Below, piece after piece: positions 1 through 8,093 of a DNA stretch of 18,961 bases (position 1 is its first letter; the number at the start of each line of letters is the position of its first letter). The stretch is from positions 1 through 18,961 of the forward strand of contig NW_003314514.1 of NCBI RefSeq assembly GCF_000143415.4. The letters run 5' to 3'. The translations under genes were made by a program, and so were the position numbers. Below the pieces are notes generated by a model. It was not told the DNA's origin, did no database searches, and saw only the letters and a program-made list of their open reading frames with translations. This stretch comes from Selaginella moellendorffii. Its lineage: Eukaryota; Plantae; Lycopodiophyta.

Positions 1-519
1 CTTTGAGGTCTTGTTGTGAGAAGTATTGCTCTGATGGCATAATTAGAGGCATCGATATGTATTGAAGTCTTTGTCCTAGTTTGGTTGGGCGAGTATTGGA
101 GCCCTTGTTAAGGAATTCTTGAGCATGTCAAATGCTTGTTGGCAATCTTGAGTCCAGTTGTAAACATGATTTTTCTTCAAAAGATCTATAAAGGGTTTTG
201 CAATCTTCACATAATCTTTGATGAAGCGTTGATGGTATTTCATTTTGCCGAGGAAGGATCGTAGTCTAGTGGTGTTTGTTGGGTGTTGCATATTGATGAT
301 GGCAAGAGTCTTAGCTTTGTCAATGAGGATGCCTTTTTTGCAGATGATGTGTCCAAGTAGGATGCCAGATTTGACGAAAAAGGTAGATTTGTCAGGGTTT
401 AAGGTGATGTTGTTCTCTTGACATTTGATGAAGCATTTCTCAAGATGTTGGGGATGTTATTTTTTGCTGTTAAAGATGCTGAAGTCATCCATAAAAACTC
501 ACATGAAGTTGGTGAGGTA
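1..519 (-). mobile_element. Degenerate Ty3/gypsy (Athila-like) pol fragment: RT C-terminus to RNase H start (family X)
   Basis: Minus-strand translation gives YLTNFM*VFMDDFSI, GILLGHII, LRSFLG...YHQRFIKDY, WTQDCQQAF, LTRAPILAQPN and YIDASNYA, with stops and frameshifts. Confidence 0.88.
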
Positions 520-1330
520 ATATAGTGCTTTCAATCTTTATTCTACTCTTTCTTTATGCTTACCATGACTCTTCTATTCTAAACAAGTATATTGTACATT
601 ATCATGTGACTAAGAAGCTACACATGTCTTTTTATTAGTCAAAGATGTGATATGATATTATTTGATATATATATATAGCTATGTTTAATGCCAAACTCAT
701 AATACTCTTCATGTTACAGAAGGACAATTGGAGTTAATTGTAATTTCCCATCCATTTAAGTTGGTGATGTTGATTTGATAGGGCCTTTTTCCATAGTCAA
801 TTCATGGCAATGAATATATCATTATTGCCTCTAACTACTTGATTCATTGGGTGGAAGCTAGTGCTTTTGTTAGTGCATTTGTGACTATTGTTAAATACTT
901 CTTCCAAAATTGAGTGGTATTCTAGCATTCATGTTTATAGTAGATTCTCTCAAATAAAGTCTCATATTTATAGTTAAGATATTTCACATTTTAATGTCTT
1001 AGGTAAGGATACACAACACTTTCACAAGTGCTTATCATTTATGAACCAATGGTTTGGTATAATAGCTTATTCAGACTTTCAAAAGGATGATTAGGATTTA
1101 AATTGGGATGATTATTTGCCACTTCTTTAGTATACATATGGCATAGGGGTACAAAGTTTCATTAGTGCTTCACCATATGAACTTATATATGGTCATGATT
1201 TGATATTATCAATGGAGTTGAATTCACCTTTACAATTGCTATGAACTACCAATGCTAAGTCTTAGAATTAGTGTTTAACGAGCATTTTTCCACTAGTTCA
1301 AGTAGCATTTATTAAACATTTAGTATAGCA
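520..1330 (+). mobile_element. Degenerate Ty3/gypsy integrase fragment (family Y), homologous to ~11470-12270
   Basis: Colinear nucleotide similarity with the integrase at 11470-12270 (e.g. tgggtggaag, cttatatatggtcatgat) and DLIGPFP / WVEA-like remnants with many stops. Confidence 0.8.
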
Positions 1331-1379
1331 CACATGGTTTTCACCCTTTATTCTATAGTGATTTATTATAGAATAACTA

Positions 1380-1970
1380 TGAAGCAGAACCTAAATTTTT
1401 TATATGCCACATGTCCAAGGACAGCGGAGTGGAACCCGAGTTTTAGGGCCTTAAGCCATTAAACAAAGGAATGGAATCAAACTCCCAAACTTGCAGCTAA
1501 GGAACGAAGGAACTAGAGTATAGAGTGACTCTTGAACATTTAGCCCAAGAAGCAAAAGAATAGAAGCATGAAGTGACATAAGAATAGTCCTAGAGCATCA
1601 AATATCCTAATGCCAAGATTAACACACAAAACGAAGCTAAACAGAGCCAAATAAAATTTAGTGCTATTTTAGCATATCAGTGGCTTAACACAAGGATATG
1701 GGTACTCCACTAGCTAGTATGGTATAGAACTTGGGTTAAACCGAATGCAAAACAAAAATAGGTATGCAAACAGGAGCTAGAGTATGCCTTAGGTTAATTG
1801 GCCATGCCTGACATACCCACAATCCCTACTACACATTTGAACTTCGGAAAACATGCTTTAAGTTATCACCCTTAATACCAAGAGTTAGTATTTGGAATAA
1901 GATTGAAATTTATTTAGTGAATATTAAAGAACCAAGCTCAATATAATGGGGGTTACATATGAGCTTCTCA
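1380..1970 (+). repeat. Probable solo LTR (family B); homologues in reverse orientation at ~13600-13988 and 14389-14836
   Basis: Starts with TG. Its gttttagggcctt...ccattaaacaaa block is the reverse complement of blocks near 13915-13943 and 14748-14776. The right boundary is approximate. Confidence 0.55.
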
Positions 1971-2417
1971 TACTGAGTCGAGTATGCTCAGCAAGAAACA
2001 TATAAGAGTTCCTATATTATGTTTATCTAGTATAAGTACATACATGATGACTAGTTTCTCAATTAGCTTGGGTGGAGATTGATAAAGAGTTTAGCAATAC
2101 CAACCTCTTGCTGTCGTGGCAGTAAAGAAAAAATATCTGAAATGACTCATTCATAGGTAATTTTCGATACCTACAATCATATTCCCAACACTTGAGTTGC
2201 ATGCAAATGGGATAACAATGGTGTTACAACTCCCATTATTGTTAACCTATAGAGTATAAAGCAGATGACCTTATGTTAATTAATCTTCCCAATCTTATAG
2301 TGTATAGTTTGTCTAAACAGCTCCTTACTTATTGGAAGAGACTGTATTAAATATTGTGGTAAGTTGGATGTAATCTCTTGAATTTATACTTCTCGGGAAG
2401 TCACCTATTCAAAATAT

Positions 2418-2515
2418 TTCAAGACCCTTAATCAATTAAAAGAAAGGGTGCACTTTTATTCATGGGCCCTTTCCTCCTATATTTAAACCTTTATGGATTA
2501 TCTCTCAAATCATCC
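2418..2515 (+). repeat. ~95-bp dispersed repeat (other copies ~14883-14967 and ~15222-15312), probably LTR-derived
   Basis: Shared core aagaccc(t)taa..attaaaa..aaggg.tgcacttttatt...tatattt.aac...tctc.aatc in all three places. Confidence 0.7.
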
Positions 2516-2614
2516 TTTTTATATTGGACCACAAGTATATGAAGTTTGGCATAACATTCAATAGGTTAATCTTCTAAAAATTGTGCATATAAAATAGCTG
2601 AAATACTTCATACA

Positions 2615-2901
2615 AAAGGATCATAAATAACTAGCATCTATAGATCCACTAGTTCCTCCACCTAATATTCCTTCAAATCCCTATCAACCAGACAATTATA
2701 ACTACTTTCCTTCCTTCCAAAAGGAGAGGATGATATAAGGTTCAAGTGTATGGTTACAATGCCATTTATATTATTACCGTAATAGGATTTTGATAGCCAT
2801 TGAATTGGTTTCAATTTAGATCACTAATAATTGAATATACATATTTAGCTAATTGAATATGCATATTTTTATATTTTATGTCCATATTTCATGCACTTAC
2901 A
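2615..2901 (+). mobile_element. 3' end of a family-Y gypsy copy: 3' internal region, polypurine tract (2719-2733) and 3' LTR (2734-2901)
   Basis: Colinear with 12555-12856. The PPT aaaaggagaggatga is followed by a diverged LTR (tataaggttcaagtgta...tttcatgcacttaca). Confidence 0.75.
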
Positions 2902-3525
2902 GATTTTCTTTTTATTTTGCTTTACAGAGTAAAGTCATATACCTAGATATCTAAATATATTCTTGGATATTCTCTAATCTAAGGGCTCTTAAACTTTCTC
3001 TAATTAACTTGTAATCAGTGTCAAAGTTAATTGTCTAACTTATCTTTCTTTCTATAATTTTGCAGACTCGTCAAAAAGGTACTCGGCATTCCTGTAGGAA
3101 AACGTTTCCCTGTAAAAAGGTCAACCGGTCAAAGGTGCGAATATTCTTTCTACAAAAATCAACAATCCCGCCATTTTCTTCATCGCATCTCCCGAGAATT
3201 GGGATAGCTCTCCAGCTTCCACTCGATCTCTGCCCACTTGAGGTGAGATGCATGGACCCTACAAGAAGCCAGCCGTGGACACCACGCTGTTGCATCTCCC
3301 GTCAATGTGCTGTTTACCAATCCTGTTCCTTGAACCGAACCTGACTACAAGAATGTCGGAAGCCCTTGAGTTGTTCAGCAACCTTGATCGAGAACAACTC
3401 GGCCTGGCAGAAATGCAATGAACTGGCAACGAATTCATATTTCTGAATCGAAATCAGCATGCTGAAAAAGACCAAGACTGCAAAGATGACAAAAAGGAGC
3501 AAGTAAATCTAAACAACTACAACGA

Positions 3526-4941
3526 TCAGCTGCAAACAGACATGTTAGAAGCCAAGCAGAGAATCAGAGTAATGAAAGAAACTCACCAAACAGATTGCCA
3601 GGCAGGATCGCAGAGGATGTCGCGCGCGGATGGACGCTGGTCGCGTCTTGCTGCGACCAGCTCCAACACCTTGGGCGCAATTGATGGGTGTTGGTACGCC
3701 CAGTCTGCTGGTAAAACGCCATCCCGGACGTCAATCAATACCGACTCCCTTTCCTACACAGATTCACCAAACTAAGCAAGCACGTTGCACAAACTGCAGC
3801 CAAACCTGGTCCGGGGGACACCTCCAATGAAGTTCGAAGAGTATAACTCCAAGCGCAAGCATGTCAGTGTAGGTTGAGTTGCTCCGGCGCTGGGGAGAGT
3901 AGTAAACTGCTCTCCCCTTCTTGATATTTTCGGTCTCGAGCATGGACTCCTTATTTTTAGCTGTAAGCCAACAAATGAGAGATGGAAGAGATGTTTCATT
4001 TGCCTACCAAGACCGAAATCTCCCAGCTTGATGCGTCCATCGTCTGTGACGAAGATGTTGTGTGGTGCTATATCCCGATGAACACCCACGTTGTCGTGCA
4101 CATGCGCCACAGCTTGAAGAAGCTGCCTAAACGCATCTGCAGGTGGTGACTCACCGCCGAGGAGCACCGACTGGAGCGAGCGGCCACAAAACTCCATGAC
4201 AATGTACACTTTCGACTTGCCCGGCTCGCCTTCCTCCTTCCACATGTCGAAGTATTTGACTATGTTGGGGTGTTCGCAGCGCTGGAGCATCTCTCCCTCC
4301 TTGAAGACGAGCGCGACATCCTGGTCTCTGGACTTCGTTGCTGTGCGAACCTTGATGACTTTGATGGCGTAGATTTGTTCGTCCTCCTTGCTACGGCACT
4401 TGTATACTTTCCCGGACGCCCCCTGGCCAACACAAGCGAGCACTTCGTAGCTGCTGCAGAAGCGGCCTGGACAAGAGAGACAAGGGGCCACTCAGAAGCG
4501 AAAAGATGCCAAAGAGACAAATTATTGTATCCACCTGCTGCTGCAACTGGAGTCTCCCCTCCCTTTTGGATCGATTCCACGATCCCGGTCACAACATTCG
4601 CCGAGAGCATCTTGAATCTCTCCAAGCGTTGCGCCATTGCGAGGAATTGCCGAACATATTCTGCAAGTCATGAATCAAACCAGCAAAGAGTCGTGTCAGC
4701 CAACAAAAGGAATTCCTCGTACCAGCGTCAGGAGCAGCCTGCAACGCGGATGCATCATGATCAGTTTCTCCTGCTCCTGCTTCAACGAGGATCTTCATCA
4801 GACAAGTGCAGATGTTTCAAGTTTTGACCAACCTGATCGAGCTCGGTTAATCGGATCCAGTGGGCGGGTCCTTTCGAGCATGACGTCGGATCGCTTCTGA
4901 GTGTGTAGTTTCTTCGGACCAGCAGCTCTCTTCCTCTCCAT
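3526..4941 (-). CDS. Spliced Ser/Thr protein kinase, compact eIF2alpha-kinase (GCN2/PEK)-like, ~357 aa. Predicted coding exons: 4941-4833, 4776-4723, 4660-4535, 4466-4008, 3960-3806, 3753-3587, 3529-3526 (or stop at 3585-3583 if the last intron is retained)
   Basis: Six GT-AG introns of 47-68 bp with consistent phases give one open frame. Motifs: RFCSSYEVLACVGQGASGKV, YAIK, HPNIVKYFDMWKE, VYIVMEFC, HRDIAPHNIF, KLGDFGLA, GRAVYYSPQ, DMLALGVILFEL, ERESVLIDVRDGVLPADW, RPSARDIL. The N-terminal exons are less certain than the kinase domain. Confidence 0.85.
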
Positions 4942-5143
4942 GGTGGACTCTGGTCAGTGTTAACATTGTGAGTCGTTGCTGAAAGCACAAAAGAGATTGA
5001 GGAGTCGTTACTGCACTTATCCAACGGCTGGAGCCTAGAATGCGCACATCAGCTGTCCGTCAATGGATTCACAACAAACTTGCTACAATTGCATGCTCCT
5101 TCCGCCTCGCCAACAGTAGGCCGCAAACCAGCAGCGCACTCAC

Positions 5144-5361
5144 CTCTGCCCTTGCCAGACGATCACGGCAGCCCTAGATTTGGAATCTAAGCTGCATTGA
5201 GGATCGACGCGCTCCTCCGGCTCCCTTGGGCTTTGCCAATAGTAGGGTACAAGAATACAAAAGGCCACGTCGGATAGAGTTTAGGGCAGACGTGGCACCT
5301 TTGGTCACCTTTTGTGGCCCTTCTTCATTTCCACGGAATACGAGTCATTTTTTAGGGTATC
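5144..5361. promoter_or_regulatory. Candidate shared bidirectional promoter and kinase 5'-UTR exon; inverted pair of ABRE/G-box-like motifs and a CCAAT box
   Basis: Minus-strand AG|GTGAGT donor at 5143 implies a kinase 5'-UTR exon upstream, with a likely acceptor at 4979. GCCACGTC at 5264-5271 and GACGTGGC at 5289-5296; CCAAT at 5236-5240. Confidence 0.45.
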
Positions 5362-5949
5362 ATGAAGAAGACACTCATTCTCGATCTAGACAATACACTG
5401 GTATACGCTCATAAGGATCTCGTCTCTTCTGTAGATTTCAGCATGGAATTCGACGATGATGCACCACTCCACATGATGAAGAGACCAGGAGTAGATGAAT
5501 TTCTGGGGAAGGTTTCAAAAGTGTACGATATCGTGGTGTTTAGTGCCGCCCAGGAGAAGTATGTCAACCTTGTGGTTGACCATCTGGATCCTACTGGGGG
5601 GCTTGTGTCGAGGAGGCTACATGGTGGCAATTGCGTTGTTCTAAAGGACGGGACGAAAGTCAAGAATCTTGACCATGTAGGGTTTCGGGATTTCAAGCGG
5701 GTGGTGGCACTGGATGACATTATTGACTTCTACCAAGGTCATCAAGAGAGCGTGGTGGTGGCTCCAAAGTTTGAGGGGTCAAAGGATGACCACTTCTTGG
5801 CAGATGTAACCCCATTCCTTCTTGCGCTGTCAAAGTGTGTGGATTTTACCAAAGTTACCCATCGCTGGAATATTGGACAATGTGTGGAGAAGCAAGGCAA
5901 ATTGTACGTCCTAGATTCATTCGATGATGAATGGGTTGTTTTTAACTGA
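5362..5949 (+). CDS. FCP1/SCP-like (NIF domain, HAD superfamily) CTD small-phosphatase-like protein, 195 aa, intronless
   Basis: KKTLILDLDNTLV (DxDxT motif I), KRPGVDEFL, IVVFSAAQEKYV (motif II), LDP, VKNL (motif III Lys), VVALDD (motif IV), F.GSKDDHFL. ATG start, TGA stop and an AATAAA at ~5964. Confidence 0.92.
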   Translation: MKKTLILDLDNTLVYAHKDLVSSVDFSMEFDDDAPLHMMKRPGVDEFLGKVSKVYDIVVFSAAQEKYVNLVVDHLDPTGGLVSRRLHGGNCVVLKDGTKVKNLDHVGFRDFKRVVALDDIIDFYQGHQESVVVAPKFEGSKDDHFLADVTPFLLALSKCVDFTKVTHRWNIGQCVEKQGKLYVLDSFDDEWVVFN

Positions 5950-6342
5950 TTATTGTATTTTGTAATAAATGTTATAATTTTTCTGCCAAAGTGTAGTTTA
6001 TGCAAATGAATCTTAGTGAACTTTTGAGCTCAGGATTTCCTACATGTCTCATGTAAAACAAAATGGCAAAACAAGAAAAACAGCACACCAAATTTTCAAG
6101 CTCTTTTGCCAAGGAAATCTCCTTTACATTGAGAGCCCACAGCTTTGCAACACCCCATGAACACCAATAGGAGCACGTGCCCACCTCAAACAACAAGCTA
6201 GACTTCAAAAAGGACATCACTGATCCAACATTTGATGCCGGAGGATAAGATGCTTAGAAGACTGATTGCTTCTGAGTTCTTTTATGTCTGTTGTTTAGTG
6301 CCTACAAAAATGTGATGATCCATATGAAGCTCTTCACAGGAT

Positions 6343-6346
<4 letters not shown>

Positions 6347-6390
<44 letters not shown>
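6347..6390 (+). repeat. (GA)22 microsatellite
   Basis: Perfect GA dinucleotide run. Confidence 0.97.
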
Positions 6391-6397
<7 letters not shown>

Positions 6398-6490
6398 TAG
6401 AGATGTCTTTGCCATGACTTCCAGCGAAGTAGCAAGAGGAGTGATCGCAGTGCCTCCTGCAGGCATCGATAGAGCTCGATCGCAGCGGGG

Positions 6491-6590
6491 NNNNNNNNNN
6501 NNNNNNNNNNNNNNNNNNNNNNNNNNNNNNNNNNNNNNNNNNNNNNNNNNNNNNNNNNNNNNNNNNNNNNNNNNNNNNNNNNNNNNNNNN
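6491..6590. other. Assembly gap (100 N placeholder)
   Basis: Exactly 100 Ns. Confidence 0.99.
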
Positions 6591-7176
6591 TTCTGGTGCA
6601 AGCAGCCAGCATCGCGCTCCAGGCGACTATCGTCTTGCGCGGCATGTCATCAAAGACCTTCCGCGCGTCTGCCAGGCTGCCGCATTTCCCATACATGGTT
6701 AAGAGGGCGCAGCACACGACTGGATTGCTCGCGATCGCGGGTGGCGCGGCGACGATCTGGGCGTGGATCCGGATGCCCGACTGGAGATCGGGGCAATTGG
6801 CGCAGGCGGCGAGCGCGGCGACGAACGAGATGTGGGTGGGGCGGACGACTGAATCGCTGGCGAGGGCGAGGAAGAGATGAATCGCTTGCGCGCTCTGGCC
6901 GTTTGCGCAGAGCGTCGAGATCATGATGTTACAGGAGAAGGCGTTCTTGTGGACGAGATCGTGGAAGACGGACCATGCGTCCGGGAGGCTGGAGCACTTG
7001 CCATACATGAGGATGAGGAGATTGCTGAACAAGGGGTGGTGGCGTAGGTCGAGGGTGGCGGCCAGGCGGCGGTGCAAGAGCTTCCCTCGCGGGAGGGACT
7101 TGGAATCACCACATTGGTGCAGAAGAGTCGCGATTTGGCGTGGAGCCAGCTCCGGGATGCCGGCATCGGCGCGGAC

Positions 7177-7443
7177 TGGAACACTGCGATTGCCGCAAAT
7201 GCCCATAATGGGCAGTTTAGAGCGGCGATTGTGCTGCTTTGGAAGTTGGATCTGGAAGGGATCGGACCTGATATGGTGACGCTGACTGAGATCCTGGCAG
7301 CGTGTTCTTGGAAGCAGGATAAAGCACAGGGTATAAAGATCACGAGTGTACTTGCTCGTGTGGCTGGGAGCGTAATGTTGTCGCTGGAACCTCTATCGTC
7401 AACATGTATGGAAAGTGTGGCAGAATCAAGGAAGCATCAAGGA
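7177..7443 (+). pseudogene. Second PLS-class PPR fragment, opposite strand, frameshifted
   Basis: WNTAIAANAHNGQFRAAIVLLWKLDLEGIGPDMVTLTEILAACS...GIKI, then after a 1-nt frameshift near 7341, ECTCSCGWERNVVAGTSIVNMYGKCGRIKEA. Confidence 0.8.
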
Positions 7444-7775
7444 AGGAAGCAAGAATCTAAAATTATTTTTTGTTTATCATGGCCTTTATAAAAAAAATTA
7501 AAATATTTTTCTTTTCATAATTTATATACCTTTATTTATATGTTGTTACATTTTATGCCAAGTTTCATATCATCAAATAGATAATGGCTGAAGAACTAGT
7601 TTATAACTTGCACATAAAGATAGAAAATTATTTACTGGACAATAATATTTATATTCAAAAGTTAATTCAAATTTGTAAAACAACTAACCAGAATTATCTT
7701 GATTCTTTATTTATTTAAAAACTTCCAAATTCATTTTGTTTATATCTTGGCTTACTATTAATTGAAATATAGAAA

Positions 7776-8074
7776 TGTGAGGTCAAGTGTATAGCTACAA
7801 TAATGTATACTAATATTAGCATAGTGGGATTTTGGTAGCCATCAGATTAGTTTCAATATAAACTAGAGTTTTTGGGATAATTGATATGCATATTTTATGT
7901 ATTCTCTTTCTATATTCCATGCACTCACATTATTTTATATTCCATGTAGTTTCCATTTGAACCACTTGCTTTTGTATATAAACTAGAGTTTTTGGGATAA
8001 TTGATATACACATTTTATGTATTCTCTATCCATATTCCATGCACTCACATTATTTTATATTCCATGCACTCACA
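7776..8074 (+). repeat. 5' LTR of family Y with internal 120-bp-period duplication
   Basis: Homologous to 12681-12856. 7861-7944 is repeated at 7981-8064, and the terminal tccatgcactcaca occurs three times (ending 7929, 8049, 8074). Confidence 0.8.
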
Positions 8075-8093
8075 TTGGTGGTGGTGAGGGGCA

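Larger units (their letters stand above)
1..1477 (+). repeat. Long direct repeat, copy 1 (matches 17484-18961)
   Basis: Base-by-base match at offset 17,484. By eye I found only a 1-nt indel near position 21 and substitutions at 130/17614, 1142/18626 and 1408/18892. The same 71-aa ORF appears at 76-291 and 17560-17775. Confidence 0.97.
6334..7206 (-). pseudogene. Truncated PLS-class PPR gene fragment (PPR-like portion ~7140 down to 6454; no E/DYW domain)
   Basis: LLHQCGDSKSLPRGKLLH, NLLILMYGKCSSLPDAWSVF, PTHISFVAALAACA, ALLTMYGKCGSLADARKVFDDMPRKTIVAWSAMLAA and AAIELYR. Similarity then ends and the frame runs into the microsatellite. It spans the N gap. Confidence 0.8.

Noticed and set aside
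1-1477. Terminal direct repeats read as the LTRs of one 19-kb retroelement carrying genes
   Set aside because: The repeat consists of internal RT and integrase debris from two families, has no TG...CA ends, PBS or PPT, and is cut by the window edges.
3772-4491. 239-aa single-exon kinase ORF as listed in the track
   Set aside because: Its GTG start lies in an intron and its C-terminus after DFGL is intron read-through; the spliced model restores subdomains VIII-XI.
4270-4900. Plus-strand ORFs (185 aa, 87 aa) over the kinase, and similar antisense ORFs over the phosphatase and PPR
   Set aside because: They are antisense shadows of GC-rich coding sequence with no recognisable motifs.
5362-5949. 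Giant-virus origin of the intronless NIF phosphatase
   Set aside because: No viral hallmark genes are nearby, the neighbouring kinase has host-type introns, and intronless SCP-like genes occur in plants. A phylogeny would be needed to revive this idea.
6291-6926. 211-aa ORF with an RE repeat and Arg-rich tail
   Set aside because: It is a product of the (GA)n microsatellite, the N gap and the PPR antisense strand.
2902-7775. Island as a defined Helitron or Pack-MULE
   Set aside because: I could not identify terminal inverted repeats, a TSD, or a hairpin-plus-CTRR end.
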